A DNA stretch of 63,985 bases, the filler included, from Octopus bimaculoides (lineage: Eukaryota): NCBI RefSeq assembly GCF_001194135.2. It is 6 parts of 5 records of this genome, joined end to end, with 100 filler letters (N's around TTAATTAATTAA, not from the genome) between each part and the next. Parts side by side here need not be neighbours in the genome. Positions count along the whole stretch, not along the records: positions 30,117 to 54,194 come from NC_068985.1; positions 54,295 to 60,149 come from NC_068981.1; positions 60,250 to 62,800 come from NC_069000.1; positions 62,901 to 63,985 come from NC_069004.1; 2 more parts are not named here. The stretch is one strand, 5' to 3'. Shown here piece by piece: positions 51,852-63,985 of the stretch (the first letter of the stretch is position 1; each line of letters opens with the position of its first letter). The translations under genes and the position numbers were made by a program. Under the pieces are notes generated by a model. That model ran no database searches. It saw only the letters and a list, made by a program, of their open reading frames with translations, and was not told the DNA's origin.

Positions 51852-52449
51852 NNNNNNNNNNNNNNNNNNNNNNNNNNNNNNNNNNNNNNNNNNNNNNNNN
51901 NNNNNNNNNNNNNNNNNNNNNNNNNNNNNNNNNNNNNNNNNNNNNNNNNNNNNNNNNNNNNNNNNNNNNNNNNNNNNNNNNNNNNNNNNNNNNNNNNNNN
52001 NNNNNNNNNNNNNNNNNNNNNNNNNNNNNNNNNNNNNNNNNNNNNNNNNNNNNNNNNNNNNNNNNNNNNNNNNNNNNNNNNNNNNNNNNNNNNNNNNNNN
52101 NNNNNNNNNNNNNNNNNNNNNNNNNNNNNNNNNNNNNNNNNNNNNNNNNNNNNNNNNNNNNNNNNNNNNNNNNNNNNNNNNNNNNNNNNNNNNNNNNNNN
52201 NNNNNNNNNNNNNNNNNNNNNNNNNNNNNNNNNNNNNNNNNNNNNNNNNNNNNNNNNNNNNNNNNNNNNNNNNNNNNNNNNNNNNNNNNNNNNNNNNNNN
52301 NNNNNNNNNNNNNNNNNNNNNNNNNNNNNNNNNNNNNNNNNNNNNNNNNNNNNNNNNNNNNNNNNNNNNNNNNNNNNTGTTTTCAAGTTTTCGGTTAGCC
52401 CCCTGCTTCGTACGTTCTGAGTAATATGATGCTTCTATATATAAATCCC

Positions 52450-52837
52450 GTGGAGGCGCAATAGCCCAGTGATTAGGGCAGCGGACTCGTGGTCACAGGG
52501 TCGCGGTTTCGATCCCCAGACCGGGCATTGTGAGTGTTTATTGAGCGAAAACACCTAAAGCTCCACGAGGCTCCGGCAGGGGATGGTGGCGAACCCTGCT
52601 GTACTCTTTCACCACAACTTTCTCTCACTCTTACTTCCTGTTTCTGTTGTGCCTGTAATTCAAAGGGCCAGCCTTGTCACACTGTGCCACGCTGAATATC
52701 CCCGGGAACTACGTTAAGGGTACACGTGTCTGTTGAATGCTCAGCCACTTGCACGTTAATTTCACGAGCAGTCTGTTCCGTTGATCGGATCAACTGGAAC
52801 CCTCGACGTCGTAAACGACGGAGTGCCAACAACAACA
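52450..52837 (+). mobile_element. SINE family A copy, TSD ATATAAA(T/C)CCC
   Basis: High identity to the other copies. 10/11 TSD match (52439-52449, 52838-52848). Confidence 0.9.
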
Positions 52838-52854
52838 ATATAAACCCCAAGTTA

Positions 52855-53245
52855 CTCTGATTAAGTTAGTCCACATTACTCGGGGAGGAGCATAGGATCG
52901 CAACTGTTTCATGTCACCGGGCGCAATCTTGGGCTATCTCTTTGATTTCAAACCAAGAGAGATCGATTGCTTTCGTTTCATCCTCCTCCACGCATCCTTT
53001 CCGGGTCTTCTTAGGTCGTCCAACTTCCCTCTTTCCTTCAAGTCGCCAGTCTAATATTTGTCTAGTAATGTTATTTGCAGGTCTCCTTAGAGTGTGATCG
53101 ATCCAGCCCCATTTGTTTCTCAGAATTTCTTCATTGATGGAAGTTGGTGCGTTCTATCCCACAGAATTCTATTTGAAATTTTGTCCGGCCACCACATGTT
53201 GAAGATGTTGTGCTGACATTTGTTGACGAAAGTCAGTAGATTACC
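52855..53245 (-). mobile_element. RTE LINE 3' remnant
   Basis: FVNKCQHNIFNMWWPDKISNRILW..EEILRNKWGWIDHTLRRPANNITRQILDW...REVGRPKKT. Confidence 0.85.
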
Positions 53246-53280
53246 CTCTAAAGAGTATTCTGTATTTACTCTGGTGCTCG

Positions 53281-53293
53281 AATATTACAGGCG

Positions 53294-53356
<63 letters not shown>

Positions 53357-53370
53357 CCACCACCACCACC

Positions 53371-53414
<44 letters not shown>

Positions 53415-53453
53415 CATCATCATCATCATCATCACCACCACCACCACCATCAC

Positions 53454-53507
<54 letters not shown>

Positions 53508-53568
53508 TGTCATTGTCATGATCAACATCATGCATGAATATCCACGAACACGCTTCGCCTGTAATATT
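53281..53568. repeat. (CAT/CAC)n tract bracketed by a perfect 15-bp inverted repeat
   Basis: AATATTACAGGCGAA (53281-53295) and TTCGCCTGTAATATT (53554-53568). Confidence 0.85.
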
Positions 53569-53849
53569 TTTTGACTGTTACAAGAAACCTACCAAAAACG
53601 AAAAGAAAGAAAACGAAGAATTCTTCGTCCACTTAACACACCCCGTCCTCACCCTACACACACACAAAAAAAAAAGAAATTAATAACTAGCAAAAACATA
53701 AAAATAAAAAATAAATGACAAATAAAATATTTAGAAAGTGTAAAGAATATATACCCTTCCCCACAAAAAAAAGTGCACAAACAATCCAAAATGAAGGCAC
53801 AAAAACACTCCTCTGTTCACCGCCATTTTAACACTTAGGAAAAAAAACC

Positions 53850-54020
53850 CGCTTCTGACGTAAGCAATGACGTCATAAACATTTTGAAAACATGTTGAAG
53901 TGAGACACAATTGACCCGACCACCTGTAAAGGTTAGGCACTGATGATTTGGGATGGTGGCGGACACGTTGGTGGAGTGTGGAGCGAGTGGAAATGGTGAG
54001 AGGTAATGGAGGTGAGCTGA
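53850..54020. promoter_or_regulatory. Candidate promoter with tandem CRE/ATF sites
   Basis: TGACGTAA (53856-53863) and TGACGTCA (53868-53875) in unique, CpG-containing sequence at the edge of a CpG-depleted domain. Confidence 0.3.
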
Positions 54021-57000
54021 ACTACATAACTGACCACTTTGGTCTGGTCACTTGTGGTCAGTATTGAAGGGTTTCAAAAATAGACTGAATGACTTTCATG
54101 ACATCAACGTTGTCCACTTAAGGAATCAAGTGCTACATCAAGCCACTTTAAAAACTGTTTGCATGTAGGTATGTGTATATATATATATATATATNNNNNN
54201 NNNNNNNNNNNNNNNNNNNNNNNNNNNNNNNNNNNNNNTTAATTAATTAANNNNNNNNNNNNNNNNNNNNNNNNNNNNNNNNNNNNNNNNNNNNTTACAT
54301 TCTTTTTTAAGTGTTGAGAGTCTATTTCTTCATTTCTATATTGACTCTTTAACAACTAACCTTCCCACCCTACCCACGTCTTCATCATCATCATTATTAT
54401 CATCTTGACCCTGGCACCACAAGTCTTTATTGGTCTGTGGCAATATTCCAGAAATATTTGCCATGTGAAAAGCATATTCTTATCAATTCAAACTTTTCTC
54501 TTTGCTTTCTATTTTTGGTCCCTCCAATACTACATTATTAATGCTTTGTTGCTCTTTTCACCCCACATTCTTTAACAATGCCCTGACTATGGCCATCTGA
54601 AGACAACAACAGAAACCAACTGCCAGCTTGACAACTTCTGCTTTAACTCGTTAACTACTAGCCTTTTGCTCTGCATGGATCTTTGCCATGTGATGTTCGA
54701 TCAGTAGAATGTGTTGGTCGAATGACTTCCAAAATCTCTTTATAACTTTACAGTCAGTCAATGTTGGCACCATTACAATGATTTTAGATGTAGAGAAAGT
54801 GTCCACCACTACTTTCCATTCATACAGAGAAATTCCATATTTCTATCAACTGAAAGACTTTTAAATTTGTAAAAAGTAAAAAATAAAATAAATATGAGTA
54901 AAATTTTAGAAAAAGTTAACAAATAACAAACTGTAGAAACTGGGTTCTTTGAAATTTGGTTCCTAGCTCCAATTTCATGCTCTGAGTGAATGAAGAATGT
55001 TTCTCCCTGGACAGAACACCAGTCTATTACATGTAGCATTTCCATGTGATCGAGTATTCTATACCTGGCAGTAGTTTAAATGAAGTATTATAGAATATTT
55101 CACTTTTGTTTCCAGAAAGAAACAGCAAAGCACATGACGAATCACTCAACCATTTTACCTCTCATTTATGTACTGTAACTGATTTTATCTTTAGATATAG
55201 CAAGTTAATATTAAGTTACAATATAAGGTGGCAAGATGGCAGAATCATTAGCCCACCAAACGAAGTAAGTACCAGCTGAGCACTGGGGTTAATGTAATCG
55301 ACTTACTCCACTTTACTAGCCTTCTGCCAAAATCTGAAACCAATATTAAATTATACTATGAAGCAGTGAGCTGACAGAATCAGCCAGGCAAAATATTTAA
55401 GGGCATTTTGATCATCCTTACATACTGAGTTCAAATTCTACCAAGGTTGATTTTGCCTTTCTTTCTTTCAGAGTCAATAAAATAAGTACCACTTGAGCTA
55501 TTGGTGTCGATGTAGCCTACTCCCTACTCCAAATTACTGACATTACTTTTTACTTGTTTCAGTCATTTGACTGCAGCCATACTGGGTCACTGCCTTGTGT
55601 CAAAATTTGAAAACAATATTGTTATACAACATATTTCTGCATTCTGTATTTCTGCATTCATGAATGTAGGGGCAATTTGAGATTGTGATGAAATAATAGC
55701 TCATGAATTCAAATGGTGATGTGGGCATTTCTTTTACTTTTGTCACTTTTCTTAAGTGAAAGAGCTGGTGTCAAACCTTTTTCAGAAATTACTTGGGATA
55801 GACTGTTCAATCTATAGTTTTCTGATGAGTGGCAATTACATCTCGTTAACTACTACATATTTTGGAGATAATGTTATGAAGGCGCATGACTCAGTGGTTG
55901 GACCGTTGGGTTTACAATCATGAGGTAGTGAGTTTAACCTTGCCTGAAATTGTACCTCAGAAGGGAACTTTCAAAGTACAATCCCATGGTCATTCATGAC
56001 TAAAGGGGGAGGGGGTTTTTAATGCTATGAATGCATTTTAACGACTCAGTGTCTCTGATATGGTTCAGGTTCTCCTTCAGAATAGATTCCAAGCATATTA
56101 TCACCATACAGTTTTTGGTGACATCTAAAGGCAAAGAAAGAAAATATGACCAGGCAGTCACAAATGATTCAACAGAGAAAGATATTTGAGGCTCAATAGA
56201 TGTAATAAATATGGCTTGACACTGCTCAGACCAAAGATGATGGCACACTTGCATAAAGACTGAATGGTTCTAACTGGATAAGATTGTATTTATCCTTTGT
56301 TGTTTCAGTTATAGGACTGCAACCTCACTACAATTTAGGCAACTAAACCCTTCAAGGTAGGAAGCAATAAGTTACAGAGATGTAGACAAACTAACACCAG
56401 TTTTCAAGTAGTCAAGGACACAAACAGTTTTTTCATGTACAAAATTCACTCACAAGGCATTGGTCAGCACAGGGCTATAGTAGAACATGTTTGCCCAAGG
56501 ATTGAACTCAAAACCAAAGCTCCTTAACTACACAGCTATGCCTGTGGTTATAGCACATTATGTTTTTTTCTTTTAGTCAGAATTGAAGGCAATGTTCATG
56601 TCATGACCCTTTACAGGGTCTCCCAGACTGGTGGGAGGGGTAAAGAAGGAAGATATCTTCAAACCAGACACTTGGCCTAAGTGCAACAGAATAGACTCTG
56701 CTAAAGGTACTCTAAGTACCTGTGGCTAATGTTAAGCCAGGCAATGGATGAAGTCTGCCACAGAAGTTGATCATTTTAGGATTTGAACTCAGAACACCAA
56801 AATACGGAACAAATATTATAAGGTGTCCAGTTTGATGTTCTTACAGTTCCACCAATCTATCACCCTAGATTGGGACCCTTTTTTAAAATAAGTTTTGAAA
56901 GGATAAGAGTCAAAAACAAATGCTGTGAGACAATTCTATTCAGTGTTCTAAAGACTATGCCAGTTTGCCACCGTTCATTGCTATAGATCTATGTCTCTGT

Positions 57001-60000
57001 TTGTGATAAGAAACTCTCAAGAGAGCTGAACAGCAGGTCTTCAGAAAAGAACCCCACTTCAGGCAAGTATTTCAACCATTAACTTCTTACACTCTAATGG
57101 GATCGAGCCACATCCAGGTCATGGCTGTTGGACACCCTTCTGCTGACATTGTTTTAGCCACTTTGAGATGATTAAGGTACAACCTGTTGATACCAAATAC
57201 TTATCCTTTAAGTTAGAATAAGTACAGAGTAACTCTTCTAAATAATTAGGAACTCCTAATGTAAACCCTAGAGGGGTTGCTGTTAAGGTCTTGCAGCTGA
57301 TGTACCAGAAATTTTGGAGGTAACTAGGCTTCAGTTGTGATGATACAGTCATTGTGTTGATAATTAAAATATGGCACAGTACTCCAGCTGTTTCAACCAA
57401 GTCAGCTAAAACTAAGGCCATATATCCAGGCTGTGCTAATAATACATTTCTCTGTTATTTTTATCTTACACATATTTTTACTTTTCATGAACACATGCTT
57501 TCATTTAAACATAGCGAGAGGGAGAGAGAAAGCGGTTATTCATAGGACGACTTTGAAAGTTCAGGAAATATAAACAAAAGTTTGATGTATCGGTGTAGTA
57601 CCATGAGAATTAGAGATTCATTGGTTCATGGCTATCATTTCATCATGCTTTTCAGCATTATGTTTGTTGTTTAGCTTCAGGTCAGTGCTGATCAAACAGA
57701 TCTATGATGATAATAACGAGCTTATTGTATTCAATGCTCACATGCACTACAAGTCGTTGGAAAAGGGTAAACGAAGAGAGAGAGAAAAAAGCAATAAGTC
57801 AAGTAAAGAAAGACAGCAATGAAAGCTAAAAGTACATGCACAGCATACAGGATAAAACACAAGACAGAAAAATGAACTTTAAAAGAGTCATAAAGAGGAA
57901 AGGGTGCACAGGCATGTCAGGAGTGATGTTGGTGAATTTCAGGAAACACAGAAGTTTTGAAGGCTGTAGTGTCCTGAAGAGTCTAGGACATTCACCCCCC
58001 ATGGACAATAACCCCACCAATGCCAATTACCCTTAAGGACAACAAATGATGATTTAAAATTTCTTAATATATTGGAGAAGAGGTAATTAACCAAGGGTAG
58101 TAATTCTCCTGGGGGTAGTTGTCATTGGAGGGAATTGTCCTATGGTGGGGTTAATTGTCTTAGGGGATGTAATTGTCCTGATACGGTCCTGACAGCTAAC
58201 ACCTAGCATGGGTGGTTTATTCCATGCTTCAGCAATTCTGAGCTTGCATAAGTGCTTCTGAAAGTCATGGGCGGTGCACTGTCTTTTGAATTTATAAGCA
58301 TGCCTACATATAGTATTGAATTTAGAAAGCTGACCAAAGTTGTTGTTGGAAAGATGGTGGGTAATCATAATTCATGCCATTATTTTTGTTTAACCTTAGG
58401 CCAACCCTGGTCAAATAGACCTATGATCAAAGACTATATCTTGTCTTCCTTTACTGACATAATTTATCCAGGTTTACATTATCCCAAAACATGAAATTGA
58501 AAGGAGATTTAGCTGTTGTTTCTTGCAAGTTGAGTGGTCATGTAGGTGTTTTTGTTGGTTTGTATATCTTTTTTCGGTAGTCATTGACATGAAGATAGAT
58601 AAAACTTATAATCTCAAGTGGTTAGCTTTTAGGAAGAACGTACTGCCATTAAGAATGTCAGCAACCAGTAACATTAGTTCATTTATTTGAAGTGCAATTA
58701 ATCAACTAATAGATGTACAACAATATGCGCATTTGTATTGCAAATTGTGAGAAATGTATTGAAAGAATTAATCCTGTGAAATTAACTCGTATATTCTTCA
58801 CGGTAAACAATAGTGTCAAGCATATGTAGTTGTTTAACCCCAGGATCAGTCCTAATCCACCAAACCTATGATCAAATGCATTCAAGCCATAACAATGCAG
58901 CCTATTCAAAAATAATGAACCATAGGTTACATTATCTTTTTTTAAGATAAATTGTGATTTGAGGGAGATTTGGCTGCTATTTTTAGTAAGTTGAAAGAGC
59001 ACATTCTCCTACCATAGCTTAACAAGGATATGTTACCATCTTAACACATCTCTTTTATTTAAACTTGGTGCTGTTGACTAAATCCTCATTTGGCATTTAT
59101 ATAAATATTATAATTTATACTACAATTGTAAATTGATCTTTATTATTTATTATCCTGCCTAAGGATGATGGATTGACAGAATCATTTGACAGTGGTCAAA
59201 ATACTTTGGGGTATTTATACCCCTTATATTCTGTGTTCAAATCCTGTCAGGGTTATTTTTGCCTTTCATTTCTCTGGGGCTGATAATGTACCAGACATGT
59301 ACAGAGGTGGATTTGACTAATCCCTTCCCTCACAAATTTCTGGGTTTGTACCTGTGTAAGAAATCTTTTATATATTACACTGCCATAATGTTAGAAATGT
59401 TCTTGAAATGAGAAAGAGTTGCTTGATACCAGAAGATCAAAAAGCACAATTGATCTTAGAGAGAACTGAAAGAAGAGAAAATTAAATCAATTTTGGTGGG
59501 ATTTTCAGAGTTTATCAAAAACAGCACAACACCCGTGACTTTCAGAAGCACTTTTCATACCCCAAATTGGTAAAGCATAACTATTAGGACAGTGCATCCT
59601 TCAAAAATTCCTTGTTTTCTGAAATTTATCAACACTACACCTAATGTGCCTATGCTCCCTTATTCTTTATGACTCTTTTAATACTCTTTTACTCTTTTAC
59701 TCTTTTACTCTTTTATTTGTTTCAGTCATTTGACTGCGGCCATGCTGGAGCACCGCTTTTTTAGTCGAGCAAGTCAACCCCAGGACTTATTCTTTGGAAG
59801 CCTAGTACTTATTCTATCGGTTTCTTTAAGTTACGGGAACATGAACACACCAGCATCGGTTGTCAAGCGATGGTGGGGGGACAAACACAGACACACACAA
59901 ACACACATACACATATATCATCATCATCATCGTTTAACGTCCGCTTTCCATGCTAGCATGGGTTGGACGATTTGACTGAGGACTGGTGAAACCGGATGGC

Positions 60001-61346
60001 AACACCAGGCTCCAATCTAATTTGGCAGAGTTTCTACAGCTGGATGACCTTCCTAACGCCAACCACTCAGAGAGTGTAGTGGGTGCTTTTACGTGTCACC
60101 CGCACGAAAACGGCCACGCTCGAAATGGTGTCTTTTATGTGCCACCCGCNNNNNNNNNNNNNNNNNNNNNNNNNNNNNNNNNNNNNNNNNNNNTTAATTA
60201 ATTAANNNNNNNNNNNNNNNNNNNNNNNNNNNNNNNNNNNNNNNNNNNNACTAATTTTATTTAAGGGAAAAGATTCCATTACACCGCATAACGTTTTGTT
60301 GACAATCCATAGCAGTAATTGTTTTCACCTCAAAAGACGTCAATGATTGGTTGAAATTACCGAAATACGACAACTTTTAACATGAAATAACTTCGAATAT
60401 AAACATTTTTCTCTGTTCTATAAGACAAAATATACAAGTATACGAAGTTTTAAAGTGTTTCGGTAGAAAACACACTAAATAAAACATAAATAAAAAATGG
60501 TGCCTGCCAAATCAGAAAGATCCCCTTTCTTTGCCTATGAAATAAGTACCATTTGATTACTGGGGTCGATGTAATCGCCTAGCTCTTCCCCCAAAATTTC
60601 AGGCGTTGTGTCTGTAGTAGAGAGGATTATATAAGGCAAACTGATAAAATTGTTAGAGCGTCGGAAAAAGTGCTTCGCGGTATCTGTTCCACCCTTTATT
60701 TTAAGAGAGAGTTCAAATTCCACTAAGATAAACGTTTTTTTTTTTTTATCCATTTGTGGGTCGCTAAAATTGAATACCAATCAAATAGTGGAGCTGATGT
60801 AATCAACTAACCCCCACCCCAAAAACTACTGCCTTTATATCTAAATTAGAAACAGTTATGTTTATTGTGTAGTTGATATTCCATAAATATATGCCTCCAG
60901 TTAGCACTTTTACGTTTTTTAACATTGAGGCCTCTTACGTGGCTTTACATGATTTCTTGAAGCAGACGATAACTGCAGATAGTTTCAAAATTTCTTTGTT
61001 TCCTTTACATAAAATTCGAGATCATACTTTTAATTTTTTTTATGTAGATTTTTATGTTTGACCACTCGGTACATTTTAAAATAAAATAGGTTTATTTTTA
61101 TATGCCTGGGCGTAAATGCATGTGCGTATGTAGGTGTGTGTGGGGGGTGTAAACATCAATAACGAGTACGCACACTCATGTGTGTATGTATGTTTGTGTA
61201 GTCATAGAAAACTATTTCATTCAATGTCCGATGCAAGAAAAATATGCTAAAGCTGACGTCATGTAATAAAGTCACACGTAAACAATACACAATCATACAC
61301 ACACACACACGCACACAAAAACACACACACACGCATACGCGCGCGC

Positions 61347-61381
<35 letters not shown>

Positions 61382-61723
61382 CACAAACAAACAAACCAGC
61401 AAAAACACACGTGGCTTTACATGATTTCTTGAAGCAGACGATGACTTCATAACATCCTGATTTTCATTATTTCCTCTTCCAATGACCTTTGAGATCATAC
61501 ATATTGCTTTCTTCAACGTTTCTTCTCATACGAAAAATAAAACTGACATAAATGCACAAACACGAAACTGTTCATGCGTGTATGTGTACATACATACATG
61601 CAAATATGAATAAANNNNNNNNNNAATATTTCGACAAATTAAATTTAAACGTTGAAGTGAATCTGACGGCTTTCGTGTGTTATTTTAAATGGCTTATAAA
61701 CACCTTCCACGCTGCAATTGTTT

Positions 61724-61798
<75 letters not shown>

Positions 61799-61804
61799 TG
61801 TCTA

Positions 61805-62155
61805 TCTATCTATATATATATAACTGAGAATTGTGTCTGTCTGTCTGTCCGTCCGTCCGTCCGTCCGTCTGACTGTCTGTCTGTCTGTCTGTATGTATGT
61901 ATGTATATACGTATCTATGTATGTATGTGTGCATCACTAAAACTCAATAACTACCCGACCAATTTCATTCAAATTTTACATATGCCTTACTTAGGGTCCA
62001 TGCAGTGCCATGGGCCAAAACAATTTCCAACTTCTTGCCTAATGCAAGTCTGGAGTAATCTCTTATCTCTTACACTATTTCAGTATTACATGTCAAAAGT
62101 AAAACAATAACATCTCTATTGGAATGTGAGATAATACTTTCAGTTTTAATAGCGA
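61805..62155 (+). mobile_element. Non-autonomous Helitron/HINE-like repeat, copy 2
   Basis: Homologous to 6705-6990 over ~250 bp, with a (GTCT/GTCC)n tract near the 5' end. Confidence 0.45.
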
Positions 62156-62290
62156 AACAATTCATACTTTTACTTTGTATATATATATATTAGTTTCATT
62201 TCTATTACTGTCACTATGATATATTTATATATGTATATGTATGCATATATATGTATGCATGTATATGTATGTACATATATGTATGTATGC

Positions 62291-62343
<53 letters not shown>

Positions 62344-62460
62344 TATATATATATTTATGTATAAATATATATGTGTGTGTGTGTGTATATATATGTATAT
62401 ATGTATGTATACATGTGTACATATATGCATATGTATGTATATATGTGTATATATATATGT

Positions 62461-62660
62461 CAGGTCGCTCTTCAGTGCTACTGGTAACATGTAATCCAGC
62501 ACAACCTGTTGCATGGTCGGGTCGTCGGCGACTAAACTGGCAACCCCACCAGGCTTGCTTGGTGAGGAGGGTGTTGTTGGACACCCTGCAGGACGAAAAA
62601 TAAGACCTGTCAAAAGGCGGATGTACTCCTGAGCAGTCAACGACCATCCAACAAAATGTC
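62461..62660 (+). mobile_element. RTE-type 5' UTR fragment with HDV-like ribozyme candidate
   Basis: GC-rich island in a TA tract. Nested-pseudoknot order with GG, P4 hairpin and CUAA at ~62484-62540, then a CACCAGGC/GCTTGGTG hairpin. Confidence 0.45.
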
Positions 62661-63540
62661 TGTAAATATGTATATATATATATATATATATGTATGGGTG
62701 TGTATATGTGTGTGAATGTCTGTAAATATGTATATATGAATAATTTTAATTTTATATATATACTATTTTTTATCTTTTATATTTTATTTATATATATATA
62801 NNNNNNNNNNNNNNNNNNNNNNNNNNNNNNNNNNNNNNNNNNNNTTAATTAATTAANNNNNNNNNNNNNNNNNNNNNNNNNNNNNNNNNNNNNNNNNNNN
62901 ATATATATATATATATACAGACATGTGTATATATACACACACACATATATATACATATATGTATATATATACACACCAAGATGAGCTCGAAATATAAAAG
63001 CAGAAATATAGTTTGAAGTCATTAGTCGTTTCAATTTTGTATGAATCCCTTTGACAATAAAAGAAGGAAGAAAGATGCTGCACCGCATTTAAAAAAAATG
63101 GCGGATATAAATTAATAGTTGTGGTTTTGAATTTAATGGGTATAAATTATTTAAAAAAAATAAACAACAGAAGGAAAATAAGGAATCATCGTTGTTAAAA
63201 ATAGAGTGAAGAATGTGAAGAAATGGATACGAGGAAAATTGAAAGACGCCTCTTTTACCGCAAAACACACAAAACACACCTTAGTATAAAAATGATCGTT
63301 TGATTGAGGCAGACGATACGATTCGGCAGATGATTGGAAAGTATGCTATTTTGCTCTCCTTTGTTCTTCATAAGCGTGCTTATATGTGTACGTATATATA
63401 TATGTGTGTGTGGTTGTGTATAACGAGTATATATACATTGTTTCTCCCTCACACACAGATGTGTATGAGTGAGAGATAGTGTGTGCGTATATATGTGTAT
63501 ATGTTTGCGTGTATATATATGTGTGTGTGTGTGTGTGCAC

Positions 63541-63576
<36 letters not shown>

Positions 63577-63699
63577 ATATGCAGAAAGGAAGGGGAGAAA
63601 GAAATGAGAAAAATCGTGATAGTAGAACTGATAGAGTTATAGTGAACAAATAACACTCATTGATAGACAGACAGGCAGACAGAACAGACAGACAGACAA

Positions 63700-63778
<79 letters not shown>

Positions 63779-63985
63779 TGTTTCTTTAGTAGCCACACAG
63801 GGCTGAACACAGAGGGGACAAGTTACGAAGTAGGGCTTTTCTATTTGGGGAGGACAAGGAAAAAAAAAATTAAATTAAGTTAAATAAAATTAAAAAATTT
63901 TTTTTTTAAGAATATTTATTGTTTCGGCAAATCTAGCATGGATCCATCACAGATGGGACACTTAACAACTGATTCAGGAGCATCC

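Overview
AT-rich, microsatellite-saturated animal genomic DNA with many N gaps. The SINE families and repeat style suggest a cephalopod, probably an Octopus draft assembly (inference). The only confidently identified host gene is choline O-acetyltransferase (ChAT), seen as two minus-strand exons (26121-26298, 24822-25033) that splice in frame. No other ChAT exon, including the catalytic-His exon, and no VAChT ORF was found. Just downstream are two candidate exons (29 nt and 130 nt) whose phases (0-2, 2-0) would insert 53 aa in frame just before the catalytic exon. The rest is TE debris: Penelope-like (GIY-YIG) fragments with at least six minimal hammerhead-like motifs, an RTE-type 5' UTR with an HDV-like ribozyme candidate, Tx1/L1, R4-like, Hero-like and RTE LINE fragments, mariner, Tc1 and hAT remnants, several MITEs and three tRNA-derived SINE families. 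A CpG-depleted domain at ~54.3-59.7 kb follows a CRE-containing promoter-like stretch. All translations, alignments and folds were done by eye; no database search was run.
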